Of a stretch of DNA of 64,000 nt, positions 34,529 through 44,618 are shown one piece after another (the first letter of the stretch is position 1; each line of letters opens with the position of its first letter). The stretch lies in the IMG/VR virus record IMGVR_UViG_3300026478_000873. One strand, given 5' to 3'. The stretch is from an uncultured virus (IMG/VR IMGVR_UViG_3300026478_000873). Its lineage: Duplodnaviria; Heunggongvirae; Uroviricota; Caudoviricetes. Below the pieces are notes generated by a model. It did no database searches and was not told the origin of the DNA. It was given only the letters and a program-made list of their open reading frames with translations. A program made the position numbers and the translations under genes.

Positions 34529-36400
34529 ATGGAAGGCGAAGCAATTGATTTAGGGCATGCCACTGCAGGTGGAGTGCGTGCAGATGGCCTTCAGAACGTA
34601 CTGATTGGCATGGGAACTGGCCGCGACAAGAGCCAGTACACCAAAACCACTGCGACTGTTTTCCTGCCGCAAGAAGATCTTGAAAATCTCTATGGCGAAT
34701 GGTTACCTCGCCGCATTGTCGATATTTATGCAGATCAAGCCACGCGAAAAGGTTTTAAGGTGCTGTTTGGTGGTGAAGGCGTAAGAGCCGAAGAAGTACA
34801 GGGCATTGAGCAAACAATTGAAGATCTTTATATTCTTGAAAATTTAAATCTTGCAGCAAAAAATTCCCGCCTTTACGGAGGAGCTTGTCTGTTGCTCTTT
34901 ATTGACGATGGGCGTCCCGCTTATATGCCTGTCGATAAACGTAACATCCGTCGCATTGAAGAAATTGAATGTCTCGATCGATGGCAAATTGCCCCAGTTA
35001 TCAACGAAGAAAACTTATACGACTATTCAAAAGCCACGTATTATCAGATTATTTCTGGAGATCTAATTAACGAACAAACGCTGTCTTACATTCATAAGGA
35101 TAGGATTTTGCGTTTTGATGGAGACTGGCTCCCTTATCGCGTGAGGCAGCGTAATTATGGATGGGGTATGAGCAGTTTACAAACTATTTATGACAGCTTC
35201 CGTCATTATTGGACTGGCCTTAATTCTGCAGCAACGCTTCTCACTGAGTTTGATATTTTTGTTCACAAGGTGAGGGGCTTGGCGGCAATGCTTGCTGCTG
35301 GCAAGGAAAGCTCCATTCGTGATCGTTTGCAAGTGAACGATATGAGCAAGAGCATCTATCGCGGCTATGCGATTGATGCAGAGAAGGAAGAGCTGGAATT
35401 TATTAGTCGTAACTTTGGCGGCATTGGAGAAGTGTTGGAGAAGCTGCGCGTTGACATTATTGGCGCTAGCAAAATTCCCCATACCGTGCTGTTTGGCGAA
35501 AGCCCTGGTGGGCTTGGCTCCACTGGTCGCAGCGAAGAACGTGATTTTGCGAAGACGCTGGCCGATTATCAGAGCGTGCATTTCAAGCGGCCAATGAAGA
35601 AGCTGATGGAATACATCATGCTGAGCAAAGAAGGTCCGACACAAGGAAAACTGCCTGAGTCATGGCGCATCTCCTTCAATCCATTGTTTGAATTGAATGA
35701 GCGTGAAATGGCTGACGTGCGTGCGCGTGTGGCAGCCGTGGATGGTCGTTACATCCAGCTTGGCGTGCTGAGTCCCAAGGAAGTAGCTGATGCACGTTAT
35801 GGGGGCTCTGAGTGGTCAATGGAGCTTACTTTGGATCCGACTGTTGTTCGCGAGCTGCCCCAAGCCGCAGGTTCCACTCAAGGTGGGGGTGGCTCCACCC
35901 AAGGACGGGGTGGTTTTGCTGTTCCTCCAGGTGGGCGTGATCCATTAGACGAGGAAAACGGCACACTTCCCATGGATGGCAGCAGGGATGTTGAAGATAG
36001 TGCAGGTCTTTATCTCCCACGCGATCTGGAGAAGATCCGTGGAGACGTGGAATTTACGGACAAAGACTTACACCAGCAGGCAATTGCATCAGCAAAGGCC
36101 AAATTCAAAGAATGGCCAAGTGCAGTTGCAGGAGCTTATGTGACGCGCAAGTACAAAGACTTATACAAGCGTAAGCATGGCTCTATGGAAGGTGCATTCA
36201 AGGGCAAGAAAACTACCGCCGAATATTTCAAGGAGGATGCGATTGATCCACTAAAAACCAGTGGTCTTATTCTTGCTGATATTGACGAGGCTTCTCTCAT
36301 TGACGAAGAAGACATTTCTGCTGCATTGAATCAGTGGAAAGAAGAAGCGCCTGAGCGTTTCAAAGATATCTTGGAGGCAGAGGATGTCCAGCCTCAATGA
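34529..36400 (+). CDS. portal protein (DUF1073-like) with C-terminal extension
   Basis: RRIVD..A..ATRKG, RLYGGA, IP.TVLFGESPGGL; upstream of head genes. Confidence 0.85.
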   Translation: MEGEAIDLGHATAGGVRADGLQNVLIGMGTGRDKSQYTKTTATVFLPQEDLENLYGEWLPRRIVDIYADQATRKGFKVLFGGEGVRAEEVQGIEQTIEDLYILENLNLAAKNSRLYGGACLLLFIDDGRPAYMPVDKRNIRRIEEIECLDRWQIAPVINEENLYDYSKATYYQIISGDLINEQTLSYIHKDRILRFDGDWLPYRVRQRNYGWGMSSLQTIYDSFRHYWTGLNSAATLLTEFDIFVHKVRGLAAMLAAGKESSIRDRLQVNDMSKSIYRGYAIDAEKEELEFISRNFGGIGEVLEKLRVDIIGASKIPHTVLFGESPGGLGSTGRSEERDFAKTLADYQSVHFKRPMKKLMEYIMLSKEGPTQGKLPESWRISFNPLFELNEREMADVRARVAAVDGRYIQLGVLSPKEVADARYGGSEWSMELTLDPTVVRELPQAAGSTQGGGGSTQGRGGFAVPPGGRDPLDEENGTLPMDGSRDVEDSAGLYLPRDLEKIRGDVEFTDKDLHQQAIASAKAKFKEWPSAVAGAYVTRKYKDLYKRKHGSMEGAFKGKKTTAEYFKEDAIDPLKTSGLILADIDEASLIDEEDISAALNQWKEEAPERFKDILEAEDVQPQ

Positions 36401-37064
36401 TCTCTCTCAATTCTCTGAAACTATTGTTCGTTTTGATGAATCATCCTGGCGCTTCGACCCTATTAGTGGTCGGTATCGCGGCGCCAATGGACGCTTTCTC
36501 AGCGCTCGTGCAGTGGAAGCATTGGTGGATGGTCGAATTAACAAGCTTGGCGCTGAGTTACGGCGTTTTACACGTATGCTTAGCAATGGCGATATTACGC
36601 TCGATCAATGGCAAGGAAGCGTAAGAGAAGCTCTTAAGCTTGTTCACGTACAGACAGCGATCATTGGCAATGGTGGCAGGGAAACAATGGGAGCCACGGA
36701 ATGGGGGCGCATCGGGCAACGTCTCCGTTTGGAATATGCTTTCTTACAGGGCTTTGCTCGCGATCTTTTGGATGGGCGTGTTTCTTATCCCATGGCTGCT
36801 GCTCGTATCGGGCTGTATGCTCAGAGCGTGCGAGGTAGTTTTTGGGAAGGCGCCAGTATTCGTCAAGAAAAGCAAGGATATTCCTTGATGCGACGAGTGC
36901 TTGATTCACAAGCAAAGCATTGTCAAGACTGCTTAGATTATGCAGCTCGCGGAATGGTTCCAATTGGCAGCGTGCCGCTTCCTGGGCAGCGTTGCGCATG
37001 CCGTTCAAACTGTCGGTGCAGCGTAAAATACTTCCGACAACAAGCGCCGACTGTGGCAGTTTGA
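36384..37064 (+). CDS. minor head / MuF-like morphogenesis protein
   Basis: HCQDC...PG..C.C.SNCRC. Confidence 0.7.
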   Translation: MSSLNDLSQFSETIVRFDESSWRFDPISGRYRGANGRFLSARAVEALVDGRINKLGAELRRFTRMLSNGDITLDQWQGSVREALKLVHVQTAIIGNGGRETMGATEWGRIGQRLRLEYAFLQGFARDLLDGRVSYPMAAARIGLYAQSVRGSFWEGASIRQEKQGYSLMRRVLDSQAKHCQDCLDYAARGMVPIGSVPLPGQRCACRSNCRCSVKYFRQQAPTVAV

Positions 37065-37065
37065 G

Positions 37066-37791
37066 ATGGATGTTTTAGTGGGCAGCACTGGCCTGATTGG
37101 CACCGTGCTTCGTGAGCACCATGATTTTGACTGCCGTTTCAATTCCGAAAACATCCACCTAGCTCCATTGTTGAAAGAGGATATTGATACGCTTTACCTG
37201 GCGTGCTTACCGGCGGAGAAATGGAAGGCAAATCAGGCGCCAATGGCTGATTTTGACAATATGTACCACGTGTTGTCAAAGATGAGACTATGGAAACCGA
37301 AGGAGATTATTCTCTATTCGACTATTGATATTTATAGTCAAACCTATAAATACGTGCAAGATTTTCCGGAACTGCATGCTATTGATTATGGCTCTGTTCG
37401 CTACATCTTTGAGCTACTAGTGAAGCAAACATTTCCCGACGCCATTGTTACCATTATTCGCCTTCCGGCGTTGTTTCATAGGCGCATTAAAAAGAATGCT
37501 TTATTTGACTTGTTGAATCGGCACAATGTAGAGAAAATTAACGCTAATTCTTGTTATCAATGGTACGACTTAAGTGATCTGTGGACAGATACCGAAGCAT
37601 GCGAAAAAGGACGAAACCACCAATGGTTTTCGTCTCCCATCGAAACATTAGAAATTATTGACAAATGGTTCCCATGGGCCAGAACAGAAGTTGATTGCAG
37701 CACTCGCATTGAATACAATTACGGGCCTTATTTTGCTAGCAAGGAAACAATTATGAAAAAGATGGAGGCTTTTATTAATGCTTGGAATTAG
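37066..37791 (+). CDS. NAD-dependent epimerase/dehydratase-like protein
   Basis: LVGSTGLIG, PAEKWKAN, STIDIY, IRLPALF. Confidence 0.8.
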   Translation: MDVLVGSTGLIGTVLREHHDFDCRFNSENIHLAPLLKEDIDTLYLACLPAEKWKANQAPMADFDNMYHVLSKMRLWKPKEIILYSTIDIYSQTYKYVQDFPELHAIDYGSVRYIFELLVKQTFPDAIVTIIRLPALFHRRIKKNALFDLLNRHNVEKINANSCYQWYDLSDLWTDTEACEKGRNHQWFSSPIETLEIIDKWFPWARTEVDCSTRIEYNYGPYFASKETIMKKMEAFINAWN

Positions 37792-38518
37792 TGCTATCGG
37801 CTGGAACGATGAAGAAGAAGAGCAAATTTTGAGCGCTAATGCTGGCGCTTTTAATGTACTGGAAATCATTCCGGCTCGCATTTTTGCTCAAAACAAAGAC
37901 TACGCAGATATGGCCAAAGAATATAGAGAGCGCTATGGACTATGGGCGTATTCAGCGCAAGCATTATTCTTTCAAAGCAATGTGCAAAGCTTTGAAGACA
38001 CGACTGCTGTGTCCGAGCATTTATTGCGCGTGATTAGCCTTGGTTCTCTGATGGGGATCAAACGTTTTGTTTTGGGAAGCCCGAATTTGCGCAAGGGGAG
38101 TCCATCATGCTTGATGAATGTTTTAAAGCGCATGGATGCAGTGCTGGAAGCGAACGATGCCATCCTTTGCATTGAACCTGTAGCAAGATGCTATGGAGGA
38201 TCTTATTTCTTTACAGTCAGCGAGATTGTTAATCATATTGATTTCTGTAATCTCAAGAACGTTAAAACAATGCTAGACACAAATAATGCATGGTTACAAG
38301 GAGACAGTCCCAAGAAACTTTTAAATCATTACTGGCCTTACATTGCCCATGTTCATATTAGTGATACAGACAACGGACCCCTATTAAATAAATACGAGCA
38401 CATGCAAATTAAGAAGATGCTCGATGGAATTAATTATGAAGGCGCTATTGTTCGTGAGCTGTTTCAAGCGAAAAAGTATATGCGCGATTATCCATTGTTC
38501 CGGAGCATTTACGCTTGA
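37778..38518 (+). CDS. xylose-isomerase-like TIM-barrel sugar isomerase/epimerase
   Basis: LGISAIGW, VLGSPNLR, CIEP...YGG, LDT.N, HVHIS. Confidence 0.8.
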   Translation: MLGISAIGWNDEEEEQILSANAGAFNVLEIIPARIFAQNKDYADMAKEYRERYGLWAYSAQALFFQSNVQSFEDTTAVSEHLLRVISLGSLMGIKRFVLGSPNLRKGSPSCLMNVLKRMDAVLEANDAILCIEPVARCYGGSYFFTVSEIVNHIDFCNLKNVKTMLDTNNAWLQGDSPKKLLNHYWPYIAHVHISDTDNGPLLNKYEHMQIKKMLDGINYEGAIVRELFQAKKYMRDYPLFRSIYA

Positions 38519-39486
38519 TCTAGTGCATCATTTACCATTTTTTCAATGGTATAAATACCTTGAATTTTGCCGGTATAAAACGAGAGAAGATTGCCATGCT
38601 GCCTAAAAATTGGCGTACGTTGAGCGCTGGCATTCTTACTTTTAGCTTTAATCGATACCACCGGAAAAACATATTTTAAGTGATCTTCGAAATCAGGCCA
38701 ATAACGCACCACGTGATCTTCCATTAATTGACGGTGGGTGGTGAGCTTGCCGTAATTATTACCGAAAGAATGAACATTTTTTGTTTCTATAACACCAAGA
38801 CTTACATGGCTTAAAGAAAACATCGATGAGCCATATGGATAGATGGAGAATAGATTGCCATCAATGAAAGTAATAGCGCCAAATGGGAGCGTTTTAAGGG
38901 GGCGATAAATAAACATTACAACTGCTTCAAAATAATCACCGTCCCTAGGGGGCAGCAAAGCATTATTAGTGCAATCAAAAACAAAGTCATAGTCTTGCTG
39001 CAATAATTCCAATGAGCCATTGCTAATTTCTTCGCGCCGAACAATGGGAAGCAATAATTCGTCAAAATGTTTTCCAGTGGCCGTTGGCGAAATGTATTTC
39101 TCAATAGTGTGCATCACCATGGACGTGTGATTTAGCAAGCCTGCGTCTGCTTCTGCATGAGGCCAGTCTTTAAAAATCAAGCGAATAGTGTCTGCATCCA
39201 ACAGGCTCTCATCTTCTGAAACTGCATAGAAATTATTATTGATGTTTTCTGTTAGATGGCCGTAGTCCATCATGAAGCGTTCAAATGTATTTTTACACAG
39301 CATGCGCGTGGCATGATTTCTGGCATAGTGGTAGCCATAGTGCAGTCTATTTTGATTGATAAGCGATGTTTCAGAAATGAGCGTTTCATTGCGCTCAAAT
39401 AATGTCACATCAGCTTCATTCATAAAGCGCGAAGCCAAATGGCATCCAGTCCATCCGCCGCCAATAATTGCAATCTTGAGCGCCAT
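38509..39486 (-). CDS. FAD-dependent oxidoreductase
   Basis: IAIIGGGWTGC, NQNRLHYGYHY, TGKI. Confidence 0.85.
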   Translation of the reverse strand: MALKIAIIGGGWTGCHLASRFMNEADVTLFERNETLISETSLINQNRLHYGYHYARNHATRMLCKNTFERFMMDYGHLTENINNNFYAVSEDESLLDADTIRLIFKDWPHAEADAGLLNHTSMVMHTIEKYISPTATGKHFDELLLPIVRREEISNGSLELLQQDYDFVFDCTNNALLPPRDGDYFEAVVMFIYRPLKTLPFGAITFIDGNLFSIYPYGSSMFSLSHVSLGVIETKNVHSFGNNYGKLTTHRQLMEDHVVRYWPDFEDHLKYVFPVVSIKAKSKNASAQRTPIFRQHGNLLSFYTGKIQGIYTIEKMVNDALDQA

Positions 39487-40175
39487 CAAATGTCAATACA
39501 AAGCGTTGGCTGTACTCCTTGCCAATTTGACTTGGCTTTAAACAGGTCCAACTGTGGGAAGTATTCTATGCGCCGAGACATGCCAGTTCCATACATATCA
39601 GCATGCCCTTGATAATTCCATTCATCAGGGCCATGCTTATCGGGGTGGTAAAGGCCGGCAGGTGAATCCTGTAGCTTCCAAAGCATGTAGTCTTCATTCG
39701 GCACTCCCCATTGCTTCCATGCTTGCAACGCCGGTGGCGAGCTGTCCATGTTCTTAATTGCCGTGAGACGGTCTTTGTGGCGCATGAGATAGTCCATGCC
39801 GTAAAGGCCAATGCTCATTGATGGTGTGTGCTTCATCGCCACCTTCTCAAAGCCTTCCGGAGGTTCATAGACCAGACTTTTAAACGCTGGTCCAGCAATG
39901 CACGTGTCATGCAAGAGAAACCAGAAGGAACTAGTCAACTTATGCTCAACAATTTCAATGAGCGGAGTATATTCAAAGGAATTTTGTGGGGTGCAGATCA
40001 TTGGTACATCACCATAATGATCAATGCGCCAGTCCTCGCATCCACCATTGACGATCAAAATTTCGCTTGTACCAATACCAGCGCGAGTAAGAGAAGGGAT
40101 AATGACGGGAAGTGTATAAGCTGCAAAACGCTGGCATGTACTGATACAAAAGCGCACAGAAGATGGTGGTAGCAT
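39486..40175 (-). CDS. glycosyltransferase-like protein (GT-A)
   Basis: NSFEY...WFLLHDTC motif; cassette context. Confidence 0.55.
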   Translation of the reverse strand: MLPPSSVRFCISTCQRFAAYTLPVIIPSLTRAGIGTSEILIVNGGCEDWRIDHYGDVPMICTPQNSFEYTPLIEIVEHKLTSSFWFLLHDTCIAGPAFKSLVYEPPEGFEKVAMKHTPSMSIGLYGMDYLMRHKDRLTAIKNMDSSPPALQAWKQWGVPNEDYMLWKLQDSPAGLYHPDKHGPDEWNYQGHADMYGTGMSRRIEYFPQLDLFKAKSNWQGVQPTLCIDI

Positions 40176-40237
40176 GATTCTCTCCTTGTGCCGTAAGTAT
40201 AGAAGCTGTTTATGATGACGAAGATTTCTGGGAAACC

Positions 40238-41461
40238 ATGGCAAAAATTCTTTATTGCGGAGACGCTTTTGTAGAAACTGGTTTTGGGCGGGTCGCTCAG
40301 TATTTGCTGCCGGCGCTAGCCAAGGAACATGATGTGGCGGTGCTAGCAGTCAATTACCATGGCGACCCGCATTCAGAAGCACAGAAATACAGGGTATATC
40401 CTGCAATGTTGCATGGTTCCGATCCATTTGGTTCTCATCGGATTAATGAAATTATTCAAAGAGAAAAGCCAGACCTGGTTTGGGTGACGAATGATATTTG
40501 GATTGCCATTAGCCTTTGGCAGAAAGCCAAATCCTTGCAAGAACAAATCCCTTTCAAGTGGTTTGTTTATACGCCCATTGATTCTTATGGTCTATTTCCT
40601 GAGCTGAAAAGCCAGATGGAAGGGTGGGATGGTCTTGCCACATACACGCAATTTGCCGAAAAAGAACTTCGTCTAATGGGATATGATAAGCCCATTGATA
40701 TTATTGGGCATGGTACTGATTTTGATAAATTTTTCCCACTTGATAAGCAGCAATGCCGAAAAGATTTAGGGATTCCCGCTGATGCATTTGTTGTTTTCAA
40801 TGGGAACAGGAATCAGCCACGCAAGCGCATTGATTTGACAATCAAGGCATTTATCAAGTTTGCCAAAGACAAGGACGATGCTCGCCTTTGGTTGAATATG
40901 GGCAGCAAAGACATGGGATGGGACTTAATTCCATTATTTAAGCGGGTAGCTCGCGACGAAGGGTTTGACGCCACCGGGAAACTGATTATTACTAGCCCTC
41001 ATTTCTCCACTGAAAACTGCCTGCCAGTTGAGCAATTAAATAAAGTGTATAACGCAGTTGACATTGGCTTGAATACATGCATTGGTGAAGGTTGGGGGTT
41101 GGTTAATACAGAACATGGATCAGTGGGTGTGACGCAAGTTGTACCAGATCATACAAGCCTGGCGGAGATCTTTGATGAGCTTCCCCGTATTCAGTGCAAT
41201 GCTTACGAAACAGACAGAAACTATGGTCTTGAGCGTCCTCTTCCTGACCCGGAAAGTGCTGCAGAGATTTTGTCTTATTACTATGAGAACCGCGATGCAC
41301 TGAGAAAGGATGGGAAATGGTGCTACAAGCGTCTGCGAGAAGATTTCTGCACGTGGCCTTATATTCAAGGGCAATTGCTTGACGCGGTAGAACGCACTCT
41401 TAATACAAAGTCTGCCGCGACTGAATTCAAAGGTTTTGATACTCCTGCAAAAATTATTTGA
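40238..41461 (+). CDS. glycosyltransferase family 4 (GT-B)
   Basis: TGFGRV, HGTD, NRNQPRKR, GEGWGL...E. Confidence 0.9.
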   Translation: MAKILYCGDAFVETGFGRVAQYLLPALAKEHDVAVLAVNYHGDPHSEAQKYRVYPAMLHGSDPFGSHRINEIIQREKPDLVWVTNDIWIAISLWQKAKSLQEQIPFKWFVYTPIDSYGLFPELKSQMEGWDGLATYTQFAEKELRLMGYDKPIDIIGHGTDFDKFFPLDKQQCRKDLGIPADAFVVFNGNRNQPRKRIDLTIKAFIKFAKDKDDARLWLNMGSKDMGWDLIPLFKRVARDEGFDATGKLIITSPHFSTENCLPVEQLNKVYNAVDIGLNTCIGEGWGLVNTEHGSVGVTQVVPDHTSLAEIFDELPRIQCNAYETDRNYGLERPLPDPESAAEILSYYYENRDALRKDGKWCYKRLREDFCTWPYIQGQLLDAVERTLNTKSAATEFKGFDTPAKII

Positions 41462-41463
41462 TT

Positions 41464-42180
41464 ATGCAAATTTCACAAATCTTTCTTTCCACTGATCCAA
41501 CGGAAAAGCTTAGTCCATTTTTGGAACACGCCACGGGCACTATTGATGCTTGTTTCCCTGAAGCAAAGCATGTTATTTACAACAATGATTCGCTTCGCGC
41601 TTTCATTGCTGATAATTACGAAGAAGAAGTGTTGTGGGCATATGATACGCTTAAGCCCTTCTCTTACAAGGCAGATCTTGGTCGTTTTTGTTTGTTGAAC
41701 AAGCTGGGCGGCTGGTATTTTGATATTGGCATTAGGGCCTTTAATGCAGTGGAACTTGGCGATCGTATTAAGTTTCTTGCTTTCCGTGATATTCAGCGCT
41801 TTAGTTACACAAGCTGGGCGTGTGCAACTACAGTGCTTTATTCTCAGCCCGACAATCCCGCTTTGCAAACTGCCATTGAGATGATTGTGGCAAATTGCGT
41901 AGAACAATACTATGGCATCACTCCATTGTGCCCCACTGGTCCTACATTGTTAGGTAAAGCCTTGGCGGCGAACGGAAGCCAAGCTGATTTTATCTATGGC
42001 GATTATCTTGAACTAACGCCTACGCATGGACAAAAGAATAGGGCCTTTGTGCTTCCCGATGGCACAATCATGGCATGGAGTAAGCCTGCTGGTGGTGGTG
42101 ACTTAACTGGACTTGGCGCCAAGGGCGTCAACAATTACAATGAGCTGTGGCAGGCCCGCAAGGTGTATGGCGATGGTTGA
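41464..42180 (+). CDS. DXD-type glycosyltransferase (GT32/OCH1-like)
   Basis: YKADLGRFC.L...GGWYFD, PTGPTLLG. Confidence 0.85.
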   Translation: MQISQIFLSTDPTEKLSPFLEHATGTIDACFPEAKHVIYNNDSLRAFIADNYEEEVLWAYDTLKPFSYKADLGRFCLLNKLGGWYFDIGIRAFNAVELGDRIKFLAFRDIQRFSYTSWACATTVLYSQPDNPALQTAIEMIVANCVEQYYGITPLCPTGPTLLGKALAANGSQADFIYGDYLELTPTHGQKNRAFVLPDGTIMAWSKPAGGGDLTGLGAKGVNNYNELWQARKVYGDG

Positions 42181-42883
42181 TAGCACCATTTATGCGGTAT
42201 GCATCCCAGGGGAGAAAGTGCGTTACACGGCCAGGTCTCGCATTGTTCCCATTATGGGAGGAAGCCACGTGCTGAGCAAAGAAGAGCGCGAAAGTCTTCG
42301 TGCCGAAGGTTATGCTTTTGACGATGAAAATGCCGTGCTGTCTCCATTAAATGATCGATGGGGAGAGCTTTCGTGCGTGCATTGGATGATTCTTAATGCA
42401 AAAGAAAACAATATTGGCAATGCTCAATATCGGCGCAATTGGCTAGAACCGGAAGATCAATGGTATTGCCCAGAAACTTTGTATGTGCCAGAACCAGCTC
42501 AATTTTCTTGTACGCTTGAACAACAGTTTTATGGTGGCCATTCTGCTTTTGATGCACCAGTAATTACGCGCAAATTAGCAGACGAAGGCAAGTGGATTTT
42601 TACTCGCGAAGAAATTGATAAAATCTGGGCGCAATCTTCTTTCATCGGCTGCAATATGGCACGCGGACCGAGGCAGGCCTACCTGCGCTTCATGACAACA
42701 CTATTTGCTGGACTTGCACCAATTTGGCGCGAACACAAAGAACACTTTCTTTCCATTGAAGGCTATGACAAACGTGCAATTGCGTTCATTGCCGAACGCT
42801 TGATTACTGGTATGGTTTTATGCAGAGACAGGATTTTTCCTGGCGTAAAAATTGCCACTGCTCCGATAGGATTTATTAATTGA
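42167..42883 (+). CDS. DUF4422-like glycosyltransferase
   Basis: LNDRWGELS..HW, QYRR, R.IAFIAERL. Confidence 0.7.
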   Translation: MAMVDSTIYAVCIPGEKVRYTARSRIVPIMGGSHVLSKEERESLRAEGYAFDDENAVLSPLNDRWGELSCVHWMILNAKENNIGNAQYRRNWLEPEDQWYCPETLYVPEPAQFSCTLEQQFYGGHSAFDAPVITRKLADEGKWIFTREEIDKIWAQSSFIGCNMARGPRQAYLRFMTTLFAGLAPIWREHKEHFLSIEGYDKRAIAFIAERLITGMVLCRDRIFPGVKIATAPIGFIN

Positions 42884-42897
42884 TCGGCTGCAAATCG

Positions 42898-43587
42898 ATG
42901 GAATGTCCATTAGAAATTATTGACGCTAGTGCAAACAAAACAAATCATCGCTTTGCCATTGCTAATGCAATGCTTGGGCCAGCTAATCCATCGCTACCCA
43001 ACACTGCTTATTGGCAAGAACTAGCTAAACGTTGGGAAGTTGGCCTGTCAGATGCCTTGGCTCGTCGATGCAATAATTGCGAGCATTACATTGATACTGC
43101 AGTCATTCAGAATTGCATTCAAAGGCATGGTCGGTTTGATATTACTAGTCTTGGTTCCGAATTTAAAGACATGAAAGATGCAAGTGGCTATTGCACGTTG
43201 TATCACATTACTTGTACAGCCAGTCGTGTATGTGTAGACTGGGAAGAAGGCGGTCCAATTACAACTACCAAAGAAGGTGCCATGGCTATCGAAAATGAAG
43301 GGCGCGAAGACGCTAAAAAAATGAGCGCGAAGCAAAAGAAAATTGCAAAAGTGATGCGCGAATTTAAGGCTGGTACTTTGAAGGGCAGTGACAAAAAGCC
43401 AATCAAGAATAAAAAACAAGCCATTGCTATTGCCCTCTCGGAAGCTGGCATGAGTCGCATGAACAAAAGCGATGAGTATTGGGATGCCTATGTTGACACC
43501 ATGATGTGCATGGAAGTTGAAGACCCTGAAGAAGAAGGCATGGGAAGCATGAAAACTGAAGACGGTTCCTGCGGAAAAAAGCGCTAA
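42898..43587 (+). CDS. head-associated protein
   Basis: Cys-rich CNNC..GYC..C.A..VC.DW domain; VMREFKAGTLK...QAIAIALSEA motif. Confidence 0.65.
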   Translation: MECPLEIIDASANKTNHRFAIANAMLGPANPSLPNTAYWQELAKRWEVGLSDALARRCNNCEHYIDTAVIQNCIQRHGRFDITSLGSEFKDMKDASGYCTLYHITCTASRVCVDWEEGGPITTTKEGAMAIENEGREDAKKMSAKQKKIAKVMREFKAGTLKGSDKKPIKNKKQAIAIALSEAGMSRMNKSDEYWDAYVDTMMCMEVEDPEEEGMGSMKTEDGSCGKKR

Positions 43588-43934
43588 GGGGTGATGCTGG
43601 AAGCTTTGCCCCTCCTGCTGCTGTTCGATCTGCTGCCCGTCGTGGCTTAGAGCTACGCAAGAAATATGGCAAAGGAGGCTTGACGACGCAAGAAGCGGGC
43701 AAGCAGGGCATTGGCAGTGGCGTGGCGAGAGCTACAAGTCTGGCCAATGGAGAGAATGTGAGCTATGAGACAATCAAGCGCATGGCCGCATTCTTCTCTC
43801 GCCATGAAAAGAATAAGAGTGGCGAAGAAGATGATGCTGGAAAAATTGCATGGGATTTATGGGGCGGCGATGCTGGTAGGGCGTGGGCAAATCGCATTAT
43901 TAAGATGGTAGAAAATCGCAAAAAAGACCAATGA
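43575..43934 (+). CDS. head-associated domain probably expressed by -1 frameshift
   Basis: PP.AV..AARRGLELR...RMAAFFSRH...IAWDLWGGDAG domain lacks its own ATG; A-AAA-AAG at 43575. Confidence 0.65.
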   Translation, partial: KKALRGDAGSFAPPAAVRSAARRGLELRKKYGKGGLTTQEAGKQGIGSGVARATSLANGENVSYETIKRMAAFFSRHEKNKSGEEDDAGKIAWDLWGGDAGRAWANRIIKMVENRKKDQ

Positions 43935-44242
43935 GCGAATATGTGCGCGTCATCGAAGAAGAGGACGAAGGTATTGGTCTTTTAAAGGCGCTTTCAATTC
44001 TTTCTGCCAATGAACATCGCAATACTTCACGATGGGAATTGGTCGAAAAGCAATGCTTCAAAAATGGTCGGCTAGATGAAACACACATTTATGTGATGAG
44101 CGTTTACGAGAAGCCCGACCCTCATTTTGAGCCGACAAAGTTCTTGACTTTTGAAATTGAGGCAATGGCAAAGTCCTACATTATGGAAGACATTGAGCAT
44201 CAACTTGCCAGTATTCGCGGCGAAGACGACGACGAGGATTGA
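43931..44242 (+). CDS. hypothetical protein
   Basis: ATGA-coupled ORF. Confidence 0.6.
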   Translation: MSEYVRVIEEEDEGIGLLKALSILSANEHRNTSRWELVEKQCFKNGRLDETHIYVMSVYEKPDPHFEPTKFLTFEIEAMAKSYIMEDIEHQLASIRGEDDDED

Positions 44243-44280
44243 TTATTACGTTTCTCAATAAGTGCTGTTTATTGAGAAAA

Positions 44281-44556
44281 CTAATTGATTTTTGCGATGA
44301 AAGATGGATAGCCCATCAGCCACAACACGCTAATTCCATAGAGACCACTGAGAGTGCGAATCTGTACGCAATCTGGCGGGGCGGTGCCCTTCTCAATGCG
44401 GCAATAAGAACTTTGACTGATGTGCAGTTCTTTTGCCACATCATGCTGAGTGAGTCCGGCATTTAGCCGGGCTTCTTTAATGCGACCAGCAATAAGAATG
44501 CGTGCTTCCTGGTGGGGAAGTTTAAGAGCATCCGTTGCACTACGCGCCAAAAACAT
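44281..44556 (-). CDS. XRE-family HTH regulator
   Basis: RIKEARLNAGLTQ.DVA..L.ISQS...RIEKG...LWLMG. Confidence 0.88.
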   Translation of the reverse strand: MFLARSATDALKLPHQEARILIAGRIKEARLNAGLTQHDVAKELHISQSSYCRIEKGTAPPDCVQIRTLSGLYGISVLWLMGYPSFIAKIN

Positions 44557-44618
44557 CACAAGCTTTTATTCCGTTTTGCATAAGCTTACAAAGTATAACA
44601 TTCGCTTCTTGATAAAGT

